Assembly (NCBI GenBank): GCA_027081565.1
Contig: JALWKG010000351.1
Coordinates: forward strand, 1 to 34,407
DNA: 34,407 bases
From: Helicobacteraceae bacterium
GTDB taxonomy: Bacteria > Campylobacterota > Campylobacteria > Campylobacterales > Sulfurimonadaceae
Direction of reading: 5' to 3'
A model generated the notes under the pieces. That model worked only from the letters and a program-made list of their open reading frames with translations, made no database searches and was not told where the DNA came from. The position numbers and the translations under genes are program-made. Of this stretch, positions 1 to 9,985 are shown piece by piece. The first letter of the stretch is position 1. Each line of letters opens with the position of its first letter.

Positions 1-1
1 A

Positions 2-199
2 GGCTCCTATGGCTTTATGCTCACCAGTGAAGATGCTAAACCTTATTACATTATTGACAAAGAGCAAAAGGCCGGTGTTTCCCAATACCAATACGCCGAC
101 ATCACGGCCCGAGCCACAGGTTTCGCTGTTACCATCAGCGACGATCACGGTGGTACAGTAGATGTCTACCAGCTTATCTATATAAAACCCTGTCACTAA
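2..199 (+). CDS. 3' end of a gene truncated by the window edge; C-terminal domain paralogous to the two downstream Sel1-repeat lipoproteins
   Basis: The frame is open from base 2 (GSYGFMLTSEDAKPYYII...ARATG...VYQLIYIKPCH*). It aligns by eye with the C-termini GFMVYGDNEQHYYMI...RARSTG...LYQFKDLKVC and YIIYGDDGGDYFVL...RAKG...IYQFTYLKEC. Confidence 0.75.
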   Translation, partial: GSYGFMLTSEDAKPYYIIDKEQKAGVSQYQYADITARATGFAVTISDDHGGTVDVYQLIYIKPCH

Positions 200-214
200 A
201 CCAAGGAAGACTTT

Positions 215-1795
215 ATGAACCTACGTTATGCACTGCTGTTACCAACACTCCTTCTTTTTACTGCCTGTAGCGCCCCAAAGCCAGTGCCTCACGAAAAGCT
301 TAAAGAGTACCAGACGCTTAAAGAAGCTTGTGAGACAAACCCGCCACTGATCTTAGCCAAAGAGTGTCAAGGCTTTACAAAGGACCTCCAGCGTGAAGAT
401 GCCCTGTTGACTGAGATGCGTGAGATCCGTGGTGAGGAGCAAAAAGAGCCGCACTATATCTCTCTTGCGGACAAAGAGTCCCTACTCTCTTTAAAGATCC
501 ATGCAGACAAGACCCTGCTAGCACAAAAATGTCAAAGTGAGATGCCTGATATTGTCAAAGAAGATGACATCAACGGTGCCGCTTTTTGTCTGCTCTTTTC
601 AGACAACCATATTACTGAAGATGAGTACATCTACCTTAAAAAGTTTTCTCCGCGTTTTGACAAAAACCCACAACTGCTTGACTACGAGCACCGTTACGCA
701 CAAGAGAAACTCACAGAAGGTCTTAAAGCACTAAGCAGTGGAGACAAACGCAGTGCCCTGACAGCCTTTAAACTTGCAGCCAACGCGAACAGTCCGGAAG
801 GCACCTTTTTAGTTGCACTTGTTTATGAAGAAAAGCAGCTTAAAAAAGCGATCACCTGGCATAAAAAAGCTATCACTCTAGGTGTTGACCTTTCTGAGGT
901 ACATTTGGCTCGACTCTACCTCCGTATCAAGTTACCTAAAAGAGCCCGTGAATGGTATCTTAAAGCAGCCAAACAGAAAAATGCCCTCGCCCAGTACCGT
1001 CTCTTTAAAATCGACAGTAAATCCAGTAGTAAAAAGTTACAAGACGATGCTCATAAATGGTTGGAACGTTCTGCTAAAAACAACTACCCTCAAGCCCAGT
1101 TTGTTTATGGTCTGCAATTAATGAAACAAAAGCAAAAAGAGCAGGCCCTGTTGTGGTTGAACAGAGCCTATGACAACGGCATCAGTGCCAGTGATTTTTT
1201 CTTAGGAAAACTCTATTACGAAGAGGGACGTTATGAAGAGGCTTTTAGAAAACTCATCTTGGCTACTGACAATGGCACAGCCAACTATCTGCTTGCTAAA
1301 ATGAATGAAGCGGGTCTCGGTGTTGAAAAGAACAGTGTTCTGGCCTACCGCTACTATAAACGTGCCCATGAACTTAACCACGGAAATCATATAGCAGATC
1401 TTAAGCGTCTTCAAAAACATTTGACTAAAAAAGAGCGCATCGCGGCCAAGTATATTGGTAAAAAAGAGAAGCAACGCCGAAAAGAGATCGCTAAAGCCTG
1501 TGGTAACATGGCCAACAGTAAAAACATCGCCAAAGAGGATAAAGTCGTGCATATTATTGGTGTTGCGGCCAAACCTGTCGGCGATGCAAACGGGTTTATG
1601 GTCTATGGAGACAATGAGCAACACTACTATATGATCGCTCCGGATATTGCTAAAAAAATAGACAGTTACTACTCTGTAAATTTCCGAGCAAGATCAACAG
1701 GTCACCCTGTACTCATCAGCAGTGACGCAGGGACATTACAGACTCTGTACCAATTTAAAGACCTTAAAGTCTGTTCTAAAAAATTAAGACGTTAG
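215..1795 (+). CDS. Sel1-like (SLR/TPR) repeat lipoprotein
   Basis: AAGGAAG RBS; lipobox-like LFTAC (Cys18); repeated SLR motifs (WYLKAAKQKNALAQYRL, WLERSAKNNYPQAQFVYG, ANYLLAKMNEAGLGVEKNSVLAYRYYKRA). Confidence 0.85.
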   Translation: MNLRYALLLPTLLLFTACSAPKPVPHEKLKEYQTLKEACETNPPLILAKECQGFTKDLQREDALLTEMREIRGEEQKEPHYISLADKESLLSLKIHADKTLLAQKCQSEMPDIVKEDDINGAAFCLLFSDNHITEDEYIYLKKFSPRFDKNPQLLDYEHRYAQEKLTEGLKALSSGDKRSALTAFKLAANANSPEGTFLVALVYEEKQLKKAITWHKKAITLGVDLSEVHLARLYLRIKLPKRAREWYLKAAKQKNALAQYRLFKIDSKSSSKKLQDDAHKWLERSAKNNYPQAQFVYGLQLMKQKQKEQALLWLNRAYDNGISASDFFLGKLYYEEGRYEEAFRKLILATDNGTANYLLAKMNEAGLGVEKNSVLAYRYYKRAHELNHGNHIADLKRLQKHLTKKERIAAKYIGKKEKQRRKEIAKACGNMANSKNIAKEDKVVHIIGVAAKPVGDANGFMVYGDNEQHYYMIAPDIAKKIDSYYSVNFRARSTGHPVLISSDAGTLQTLYQFKDLKVCSKKLRR

Positions 1796-1947
1796 TTATT
1801 GTCAGAGTTTTTGTAATACCACCATTGATAGGTATCTTCTGAAGAAACCTTTAGTAAAAACAGTGTATTCTTCAAATATCAAAAACCTCTGAAAAGATCC
1901 GGAATTCTGATCCATTCAGAGAATATAATAATCATAAAAGGGAAAAA

Positions 1948-3501
1948 ATGCGTTTATATCTACTGGGGTTGATACCCCTTATATTTTTGCTAGGCTGCGG
2001 TGCATCACCAGATGCCACCTTGGCACCTAAATTAAGCCAATACACTACAGCAGCACAACAGTGTAGTGACTTTTTGGATGGCAAGGCCGAACTTACCAAC
2101 ACCATTGAAAAAGAGTGTGATGAGTTTCTTGATCGCTTAGAGACTGCCAACGAAACTGCCAAAAAACTCAACAGCAAAAAACTCAAAAAAGGAGCATACC
2201 AGCAAACTAAACTTGAGTATGCCCGCCAAAGGAACAAGGTCAAGTCTGTATACGCACAACTTTCTCGTTCTATCAAAAAAGCGACACTTCAAACCATTAA
2301 AGATGATGATGTTGAGAAGTTTAAAAGAGGAATTGCCTTTCCAGGAAACAAGTTTATCACCCCCTATTACAAATACATGAGAAGTAAAGCACCTCTTTTT
2401 GATAAAAATAAACAGTATCTTGATTTCCAAAAAAAGATGGGAAAAAAGCTTGCCATAAAAGGGCAACAACTTTTGCAACAAGGCAAAGAGAAAAAAGCTT
2501 TAGAGTACTTTATCAAAGCAGCCAAAATGGGCAATGCACAAGCAGCAAGATCTGCCGGGATCCTTTATGAAAAAAGCGACAAAGAGCTTGCCTTAAAGTG
2601 GCACCAGCAAGCTGCTGATGGTGGTATCAAAGCCTCTTATTTAAACCTTGGTCGTCTGAACGAAGATCTTGGAGAAAAAGAGACTGCGTTGAAGTGGTAC
2701 CTGAAAGCTGCTGCACTTAACGATCCTAAGGCACAGTATCAACTCTATCTTTTCCATCTAAAAAGTAATAAAGATGAAGCTATAGGGTGGTTAAACAAGG
2801 CTGCAACCAACGGTTATGCACCTGCGCAGTACCATTATGCCCGTGTCTTGATCGACGAAGGAAAAACCGACAAAGCTATCGACCTTCTGCACCAAGCTTC
2901 TCAGAAGAACTACACCAAAGCCTCAGACTATCTTGGTCAGTACTACTATGACCTAAAACTCTATAAACGTGCATTTACCCTTTTGTCTCAGTCCAAAAGT
3001 GCTGATGCATTTTACCTTTTAGCCAAGATGTTTGAAGAGGGTGCTGGTACCAAGCAAGATTACAATCAGGCTTTTAGCTACTATGGACGGGCAGCTTCTT
3101 TAGGTAAAAGAGAGGCCAAGGCCGACATGAAACGTGTCAATGCCCTCTTAAGCAAGGTACAACAAGAACGTGCAGCAGAGCAGCAACGCCAATATGTCGA
3201 AAAAATGGCTGCAATGGTCAAAGAGTGTGGAGAGATCCCAACTGCTGAAAATGTCAAAAAAAAGAAACTCTTGATTCACCTTACAGGAACCACTTCTCAG
3301 CCTATTGATGGCAGGAACTATATTATTTATGGAGATGATGGTGGAGATTACTTTGTACTTAACGCCAAAGGTATTCGCCCGGATGCTAAAGTCGATATCT
3401 CTGTTCGTGCCAAAGGTTCTACAGCAGCTATTGAGAGCGGTGGCGATGAGGAGTCTGATATCTATCAGTTCACTTACCTCAAGGAGTGTGTGGTAGAGTA
3501 G
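1948..3501 (+). CDS. Sel1-like (SLR/TPR) repeat lipoprotein
   Basis: Lipobox LLGC (Cys17); SLR motifs (YFIKAAKMGNAQAARSAG, WYLKAAALNDPKAQYQL, AFYLLAKMFEEGAGTKQDYNQAFSYYGRAASLG); same architecture as the upstream gene. Confidence 0.87.
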   Translation: MRLYLLGLIPLIFLLGCGASPDATLAPKLSQYTTAAQQCSDFLDGKAELTNTIEKECDEFLDRLETANETAKKLNSKKLKKGAYQQTKLEYARQRNKVKSVYAQLSRSIKKATLQTIKDDDVEKFKRGIAFPGNKFITPYYKYMRSKAPLFDKNKQYLDFQKKMGKKLAIKGQQLLQQGKEKKALEYFIKAAKMGNAQAARSAGILYEKSDKELALKWHQQAADGGIKASYLNLGRLNEDLGEKETALKWYLKAAALNDPKAQYQLYLFHLKSNKDEAIGWLNKAATNGYAPAQYHYARVLIDEGKTDKAIDLLHQASQKNYTKASDYLGQYYYDLKLYKRAFTLLSQSKSADAFYLLAKMFEEGAGTKQDYNQAFSYYGRAASLGKREAKADMKRVNALLSKVQQERAAEQQRQYVEKMAAMVKECGEIPTAENVKKKKLLIHLTGTTSQPIDGRNYIIYGDDGGDYFVLNAKGIRPDAKVDISVRAKGSTAAIESGGDEESDIYQFTYLKECVVE

Positions 3502-3574
3502 TCTCTACCGTAACACCACCATAAAGCATCCTTCTTCCTACAGGTCTCTATGAGACCTACTCTTACATATAATT

Positions 3575-3583
3575 TGTTATAAT
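3575..3583 (+). promoter_or_regulatory. Extended -10 promoter element for serS
   Basis: TGTTATAAT, a perfect TGnTATAAT, about 70 nt before the serS ATG. Confidence 0.65.
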
Positions 3584-3653
3584 TCGGCCACTATTTTGAA
3601 CGCTGTTTAAATACCGTATAGTACACAAGGCGTTCAACACATCAAGGAACATT

Positions 3654-4901
3654 ATGATCGATCTTAAACTGCTTCAAAAAGAGTTTGACCATGTCAGCGC
3701 ACAGCTCCAACGTAAAGGTGTCACTGCCGAGACTATGGCGGGTATAAAAGAGAAAAATGAAGCACTTAAAAAAGCTAAAGCTGCTTTTGAAAGTGCCCAG
3801 GCAGACCAAAATGCTATGAGTAAACTTTTTGGTGTTTACAAGCGTGAGGGTAAAGATATTGCAGAACTCAAGGCAAAGGTTGATGCGAACAAGATCTTAG
3901 TCGCTCAACTCCAAGAGGCACAACGTCAGGCAGAAGAGGCTTTGACCTCTCTTGTAATGGCGGTACCAAACATTCCGGATGCCAGTGTTCCCGATGGTAA
4001 AGACGAAGAGGACAATGTCGAGATCAAAAAGGTGTTACGTCCTAAAGATTTCTCTTATACGCCTAAAGAGCACTGGGAGCTGGCTGAGACTACAGGTTGG
4101 ATCGACTTCGAACGTGGTGTCAAAATAGCAAAAAGCCGTTTTTCTGTTGCCTTTGACATGGGCGCACGTATAGAACGTGCACTCATCAACTTTATGCTCG
4201 ACTTCAACCGTGAACGCGGCTTTATGGAGGTCTCTGTACCCCAACTTGTCAACCGCAAAGCACTAGAGGGTACAGGACAGCTTCCTAAGTTTGAAGATGA
4301 CCTTTATGTTACTACTGATGGTATGTATCTTATCCCAACAGCAGAAGTCCCGCTGACAAACCTCTACCAAGATGAGATCATCCCTGAAAAAGAGCTCCCT
4401 ATCAAGATGACAGGTTACACCTCATGTTTTAGAAAAGAGGCCGGTGCTGCAGGGCGTGATACTCGTGGTATCATCCGCCAACATCAATTTCATAAGGTGG
4501 AACTTGTAACAATAGCCAAGCCAAACGAGAGTGATGCGATCTTTGAAGAGATGGTAAGCTGTGCTTCAGACCTGCTGACAGCCTTAGAACTTCCACATCG
4601 CCTTGTAAAGCTCTGTACAGGAGACCTGGGTTTCAGCGCAGCGTACACCGTTGACCTGGAAGTATGGTTACCGGGACAAAACACCTACCGAGAGATCTCT
4701 TCTGTCAGTAACACCAGAGACTTCCAGGCGAGACGTGCCAAAATACGTTCTAAAATCGAGAAGAAGAACACACTGCTTCATACACTCAACGGTTCATCAT
4801 TAGCCGTTGGTCGTACTATCGTTGCTATTATGGAAAACTACCAAAATGAAGATGGAACGGTAAACATTCCTGAGGTACTTAAACCTTATTTGGGGATGTA
4901 A
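3654..4901 (+). CDS. serS: Serine--tRNA ligase
   Basis: MIDLKLL start, N-terminal coiled coil, [51 protein letters not shown]. Confidence 0.99.
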   Translation: MIDLKLLQKEFDHVSAQLQRKGVTAETMAGIKEKNEALKKAKAAFESAQADQNAMSKLFGVYKREGKDIAELKAKVDANKILVAQLQEAQRQAEEALTSLVMAVPNIPDASVPDGKDEEDNVEIKKVLRPKDFSYTPKEHWELAETTGWIDFERGVKIAKSRFSVAFDMGARIERALINFMLDFNRERGFMEVSVPQLVNRKALEGTGQLPKFEDDLYVTTDGMYLIPTAEVPLTNLYQDEIIPEKELPIKMTGYTSCFRKEAGAAGRDTRGIIRQHQFHKVELVTIAKPNESDAIFEEMVSCASDLLTALELPHRLVKLCTGDLGFSAAYTVDLEVWLPGQNTYREISSVSNTRDFQARRAKIRSKIEKKNTLLHTLNGSSLAVGRTIVAIMENYQNEDGTVNIPEVLKPYLGM

Positions 4902-4918
4902 TTCCATCTTTTACACAT

Positions 4919-4972
4919 TAGAGTACAAAGTAGAGATCTTTTAAAATAAAAGGTTATCAACTTTGTACTCTA
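4919..4972. repeat. 54-bp imperfect palindrome downstream of serS (terminator-like hairpin or MITE-like element)
   Basis: Perfect 13-bp inverted repeat TAGAGTACAAAGT (4919-4931) / ACTTTGTACTCTA (4960-4972); the interior is also largely self-complementary. Confidence 0.6.
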
Positions 4973-5298
4973 GCTATCAAATAGTTACTACTTTTTAATT
5001 TACCCTTCCTTTTTTAAATCAGACCATCTTCTTACAATATGTACACTAACGCTCTTAAAACTAAGACAACAAGACATCTTGCTCCTTACATATTACAGTT
5101 TTATTTATACATTAATTTTAATTATACAATTGATACAAAAAGTAACATAATGAATTATATATAATTAGTATTATTTGATTAATAACATCATAAGTCTCTA
5201 AAAGTTAAATTATCAGAACAAAATAATAAAAAATTATATATCTAGAGATTAGAAATATAAGAAATTATTTTGATATTAAATTTTCTTGGAGCAACTAT

Positions 5299-5706
5299 AT
5301 GGCACAACTTTTTACAGACGCATGGATCAACGAGTTAAAAGAGGCATGGAACAACGACCCAGAGGTTTCTAACAAACTGGCAGACATCGAGTTCAGCTCA
5401 ACAATTACTTGTGGTTATAAAGGGGAAGAGACACCTTCATGTGTATTTGTCGTAGATAAAGGTGTAGCAGTATCTGCCGGTACTTATAATGGTGAGACAC
5501 CAGACTGGGATATGAGAGCATCTAAAGATGACTGGATGAAATGGGTGGAAAAGCCATTAGGTATGACAGGAATGGGTATTGCATTTACAACTGGAAAACT
5601 CAAGTTTCCTACAGGAGATTTTAAAGCGATGATCAAGACACCTGCTATGGCAGGACCGTTTATTAAAAGTTTTTCACTGATGAACAAAATCGGTGCAGAG
5701 GCGTAA
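5299..5706 (+). CDS. SCP2 (sterol carrier protein-2 fold) single-domain protein
   Basis: LFTDAWINELKEAWNND start, PDWDMRAS...W, AFTTGKLKFPTGDFKAMIK motifs typical of SCP2-domain proteins; GGAG RBS. Confidence 0.8.
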   Translation: MAQLFTDAWINELKEAWNNDPEVSNKLADIEFSSTITCGYKGEETPSCVFVVDKGVAVSAGTYNGETPDWDMRASKDDWMKWVEKPLGMTGMGIAFTTGKLKFPTGDFKAMIKTPAMAGPFIKSFSLMNKIGAEA

Positions 5707-5721
5707 GTTTCTACCCTCTTT

Positions 5722-5750
5722 GCTAGAGAGTTCCTCTCTAGTCTTCTCTT
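5722..5750 (+). terminator. Rho-independent terminator after the SCP2 gene
   Basis: CTAGAGAG-TTC-CTCTCTAG hairpin followed by pyrimidine-rich TCTTCTCTT. Confidence 0.6.
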
Positions 5751-5802
5751 CTACACTTTAACTTACTTTTTATATCTTAACGACACAACGGGCAGGAGTT
5801 CC

Positions 5803-6525
5803 CTATTTCAAAAGTTTAGATCGTTTGTATAGATGTATTAATGAAAGTATCGGCCCATAGATGATATAGAGGACAAAGAAAGTTGCAAAGCCTTCTACCG
5901 GATAAATGAAGATGATCATTGCCACAGCAACGATAGCTACAAAAGTACGACGCATATGTTTTTTGTCCATGTCCACTTTTTTAAAGCTCGGATAACGGAT
6001 ATTACTCACCATCAAAACTGCAACAACCAAAGCACTCAGTAAGATCACAAGCTTGTAGTCTGCTAAAAAGCTATACTCTTCAAAAAGCAGTACCAAGACT
6101 GAGATAAACACTGCAGCAGTAGGGATAGGTACCCCTATAAATACTGAGGGTTCACTCTCTCCTGTCATCACATTAAAACGGGCCAAACGGATCCCGCCAA
6201 AGATAACAAAAAGAGCACTGCTCATAATTCCAAAACGTCCAAAGTCCACACCCGCATACAGGTAGATCAACATAGCAGGTGCCACACCAAACGCAACAAT
6301 ATCAGCCAAAGAGTCAAACTCTACACCAAACTGACTGCAGGTATTGGTCATACGTGCCACACGGCCATCTAAACCGTCAAATATAAGTGAAAGAAGTACC
6401 ATCCACGCCGCTAAGACAAAGTTCCCCTCTACCGAGGAAATAATGCTGTAAATACCTGTAAATATACTTGAAGCTGTAAAGAAATTAGGAAGCAGATAGG
6501 CCAGTTGGTTGGGTTGTTTACGCAT
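5803..6525 (-). CDS. pssA: CDP-diacylglycerol--serine O-phosphatidyltransferase
   Basis: LPNFFT; CDP-alcohol phosphotransferase motif DGLDGRVAR...G.EFDSLADIVAFGVAPA; RLARFN; FIGVPIP. Confidence 0.96.
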   Translation of the reverse strand: MRKQPNQLAYLLPNFFTASSIFTGIYSIISSVEGNFVLAAWMVLLSLIFDGLDGRVARMTNTCSQFGVEFDSLADIVAFGVAPAMLIYLYAGVDFGRFGIMSSALFVIFGGIRLARFNVMTGESEPSVFIGVPIPTAAVFISVLVLLFEEYSFLADYKLVILLSALVVAVLMVSNIRYPSFKKVDMDKKHMRRTFVAIVAVAMIIFIYPVEGFATFFVLYIIYGPILSLIHLYKRSKLLK

Positions 6526-7163
6526 TACGAAAAGTAACCGATCAGTGTTTCACCCGCACGTACCTTTTGACCGACCTTGATCGCAACACGAGACTCCGGT
6601 GGCAGTGCGATCATGGTCTCACCTTTCACCATCAGACCATAACGTGAACCTTGAAGTACTTCGCGATCTTCATGCAGATAGTTTTTGATACCAACAGAGG
6701 CAAGGTGCAGCGTATGTAGAACAACAACCTGCTCTTCACCCGTTCCAAAAAGAACCAGACTTTTTTCATTTAAACGTTCCGCTAAAGGAGAAGTAACACT
6801 TAAACGTGCACCAGAGACGACCGTAGACTCCTGTACTTTACAAGCAAAGGGAACACGTAAGATCGAGGTGTCAAGAAAACTGCTTTTAACCGTGATGTTG
6901 TAACGCACATTACCTTCTTCATCTTCAGAGGTCTCTATGCTTTTTACTGTACCGTCACAAACACTGACAATACTTTTTTCTTGGACATGAGGAAGTACCC
7001 GTTCAGGATTACGATAGACCCATAGTGTTAACAAAAACAGTACAGAAGCAACAAACGTTAGCAGATCAGCATCTATGATCATCATAAAAGTCACTAAGGC
7101 AGCTGTTGCCGCAATACACTTCAGACCATCTTTAGCAATTATAAATGTATCGTTACGCATCAT
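6525..7163 (-). CDS. Phosphatidylserine decarboxylase-related membrane protein, probably catalytically degenerate
   Basis: N-terminal TM segments, YRNPER, IVSVCDGTV, RLNEK and C-terminal KVGQKVRAGETLIG match short Psd proteins, but the FGS self-cleavage motif reads KGE. Lies between ftsH and pssA. Confidence 0.8.
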   Translation of the reverse strand: MMRNDTFIIAKDGLKCIAATAALVTFMMIIDADLLTFVASVLFLLTLWVYRNPERVLPHVQEKSIVSVCDGTVKSIETSEDEEGNVRYNITVKSSFLDTSILRVPFACKVQESTVVSGARLSVTSPLAERLNEKSLVLFGTGEEQVVVLHTLHLASVGIKNYLHEDREVLQGSRYGLMVKGETMIALPPESRVAIKVGQKVRAGETLIGYFS

Positions 7164-9148
7164 GACTCTTTTTCATCACTGTTGTCCATATTTTTTTGGT
7201 CTTGAGACATATCTTCAGCGATGATACGTTCGTCTTCAGGTGACTCTGGTTGCTCTACCTTGGACTCTATACCATTTTCAGCTTCAAAGTCTGTGATCAC
7301 TTTACGAACCACATCACCATCTATGTTCTCTGTTTTATAAAGCTCTTTAACCATGTTTTCAATGGCATCACGGTACTCTTCAAGACGTGCCACAACAGCA
7401 ATATAATGTGTTTCAAGTGTTGCTTTGATATGTTGATCCATATCTTCTGCCATCTTCTCAGAGTATTCACGAGGTTGACCACCCATACCGCCGCCAAGGA
7501 AAGATTGGCGCTGCTTTTCAAGGACCATCAGACCGGCAATATCACTCATACCATAGACTTGTACCATAGACTTTATGATGTCAGTCGCACGCTCCAGGTC
7601 ATTACTTGCACCGGTAGAGATCTCACCTATGAAGACCTGCTCTGCCGCACGCCCACCAAGAAGAACATCAACTTCAGCAAGTAACTCATGCTTCTGCGCC
7701 AAATACTTGTTCTCTTCTGGTGTGTTAAGCGTGTAACCAAGTGCCGCAAGACCACGCGGGACAATAGAAACCTTAGAGACCTTTTTCGCTCCCTTAGTCG
7801 TCTCTGCCATCAAGGCATGCCCACACTCATGGTACGCAACAATACGCTGCTCTTTTTTGTTGATACGACGGTTTTTCTTACTAAGACCGGCAATAGCACG
7901 TTCAACTGACTCTTGTAGGTCAGCCTGTGTTACCGTCTTTTGACTTTTACGTCCGGCAAGAAGTGCAGCTTCATTAATGATGTTTGCCAAGTCTGCACCA
8001 GCCAAACCAGCAGTCAAACGGGCGATCTCTTCGAGCTTCACATCTGCATCCATCTTCACACCACGAACATGTACTTTCAAGATAGCGATACGTCCTTCAA
8101 AGTCAGGTTTGTCTACCAGTACCTGACGGTCAAAACGACCCGGTCTCATCAGTGCAGGATCCAGAACTTCAGGACGGTTGGTCGCGGCCAAGATAATGAT
8201 CGGAGTGTCGGTACCAAAACCATCCATCTCTGCCAAAAGTTGGTTGAGTGTCTGCTCACGTTCGTCATTACCACCCATCATACCGCCAGCGGCACGACTT
8301 TTACCAATAGCATCGATCTCATCAATAAAAATAATAGAAGGGGCATCTTTTTTAGCCTGCTCAAACAGGTCGCGTACACGTGCTGCACCCACACCCACAA
8401 ACATCTCAATAAAACTTGAACCAGAGACCGAAAAGAAAGGAACATCTGCCTCACCGGCGACTGCCTTTGCTAAAAGTGTCTTACCTGTACCTGGACTACC
8501 TACCAGCATCACACCCTTGGGGATCTTCGCTCCGAGTTCCACATAACGTGCAGGATACTTCAAGAAGTCAACAATTTCCTGAACCTCTTCTTTAGCCTCT
8601 TCGCCACCTGCAACATCATCAAACTTCGTCGTAGGTTTTTCAGAGTTGACCAATTTTTTAGAACTCCCCATACCCAGGACACCACCGCCCATACCCTTTT
8701 GCATACGACCCGCAAAAAACATCCAGATAGCGATGATGATCAAAAATGGAAATAACCATCCAAACATCTCAGTAAACCAGTTGCTTTCAGAGAAACCACT
8801 ATAGTCAATACCTTCTTTGTCTAGAAGAGGTACAAGCGTAGTATCATTAGCGACTAAGCGTGTTGTATACATCGTACCATCACCCTTAGCTCGGATGTAG
8901 CTTTGTCCAATGTCCACTTTTTGAACCGACTTGCTTTTGATAAGTTCTTTGAGCTCGGAGTAACTCACCTCTTTATGCTTGATGGCATTGTTTTGTCCAC
9001 CAAACTGTTGACCAATAGCCCCACCATTTTCACCGATAAGTGACTTAAAGATCAAGATGACTACTACCGAAAAGATAGCAAAGGTGATCAGCGGATTTTT
9101 GTTAAAAAAATTATCGTTTTTATTGTCGTTGTTATTATTTTGACTCAT
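7160..9148 (-). CDS. ftsH: ATP-dependent zinc metalloprotease FtsH
   Basis: Two TM segments, Walker A GSPGTGKT, Walker [37 protein letters not shown] zinc motif. Confidence 0.99.
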   Translation of the reverse strand: MSQNNNNDNKNDNFFNKNPLITFAIFSVVVILIFKSLIGENGGAIGQQFGGQNNAIKHKEVSYSELKELIKSKSVQKVDIGQSYIRAKGDGTMYTTRLVANDTTLVPLLDKEGIDYSGFSESNWFTEMFGWLFPFLIIIAIWMFFAGRMQKGMGGGVLGMGSSKKLVNSEKPTTKFDDVAGGEEAKEEVQEIVDFLKYPARYVELGAKIPKGVMLVGSPGTGKTLLAKAVAGEADVPFFSVSGSSFIEMFVGVGAARVRDLFEQAKKDAPSIIFIDEIDAIGKSRAAGGMMGGNDEREQTLNQLLAEMDGFGTDTPIIILAATNRPEVLDPALMRPGRFDRQVLVDKPDFEGRIAILKVHVRGVKMDADVKLEEIARLTAGLAGADLANIINEAALLAGRKSQKTVTQADLQESVERAIAGLSKKNRRINKKEQRIVAYHECGHALMAETTKGAKKVSKVSIVPRGLAALGYTLNTPEENKYLAQKHELLAEVDVLLGGRAAEQVFIGEISTGASNDLERATDIIKSMVQVYGMSDIAGLMVLEKQRQSFLGGGMGGQPREYSEKMAEDMDQHIKATLETHYIAVVARLEEYRDAIENMVKELYKTENIDGDVVRKVITDFEAENGIESKVEQPESPEDERIIAEDMSQDQKNMDNSDEKES

Positions 9149-9985
9149 TTAGTTGTTTTCCTTTTTTGCTACAACAAGTGTGATCCACTCATCGCGTTGA
9201 ATACGTTTGACGACCTTGCAGTCTACATATGCTTTTAGAACTTTATCTTCATATTTGTCTAAAATTCCTGAAAGTACCAAGGTACCCTTTTCTTTAAGCA
9301 AGCGTTTTAAGTCACTTGCGATGAAGACAAGGACATCGGCTACGATGTTGGCGATCACCACATCATATGTCTCTTGTGTTCCCGGGGCAGAACCTTCCCA
9401 TACCGAGCGAAAGGTCACACCGTTCATCTCAGCATTTTCTAAAGTATTTCCTACAGAGACAGGGTCAGTATCACAGGCATCGACTACAGCGCCCATTTTA
9501 GCTGCAGCAATTGCCAAGATACCACTGCCACAACCAATGTCCGCTACACTATCACCACTTTTGACCTCACTGGCTATCGCTTCCAAACATGCCGCCGTTG
9601 TAGGGTGGTGTCCTGTTCCAAAAGCCAAAGCCGGGTCAAGTTCGATGTTCAACATCCCCTCTTTGGGCGCATCCCATGTAGGGTGAATGTAAAAAGGTGC
9701 GATCTCTATCGGTGTAATGCTCTCTTGATAGGTCTTCACCCAGTCCGCATTTTTCTCTTTACTCAGTTCTATCTCGACATCAATAGGCTTTTGTAGTGCT
9801 TGTTCCAGAGCCTCTTTAAACTGCTCAACACCCCAAGAGATAGTCTCAAGTTCCTCTTCACTACGGATAATAAAACTGCCATCACGCTCTTCAAAACCTA
9901 CGGGAAGTGTGTCCACCAAGAAGTCAGCAAACAGCTCTTCGTAAGCTGAAGGAGTGATCTTTAACTGATGATAATACTCTTGCAT
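9149..9985 (-). CDS. prmA: 50S ribosomal protein L11 methyltransferase
   Basis: LDPALAFGTGHHPTT, DIGCGSGILAI, VIANI, LVLSGIL. Confidence 0.97.
   Translation of the reverse strand: MQEYYHQLKITPSAYEELFADFLVDTLPVGFEERDGSFIIRSEEELETISWGVEQFKEALEQALQKPIDVEIELSKEKNADWVKTYQESITPIEIAPFYIHPTWDAPKEGMLNIELDPALAFGTGHHPTTAACLEAIASEVKSGDSVADIGCGSGILAIAAAKMGAVVDACDTDPVSVGNTLENAEMNGVTFRSVWEGSAPGTQETYDVVIANIVADVLVFIASDLKRLLKEKGTLVLSGILDKYEDKVLKAYVDCKVVKRIQRDEWITLVVAKKENN

Noticed and set aside
5130-5190. FNR/CRP-type box upstream of the SCP2 gene
   Set aside because: TTGAT half-sites are present but no proper TTGAT-N4-ATCAA; chance matches are expected at this AT content.
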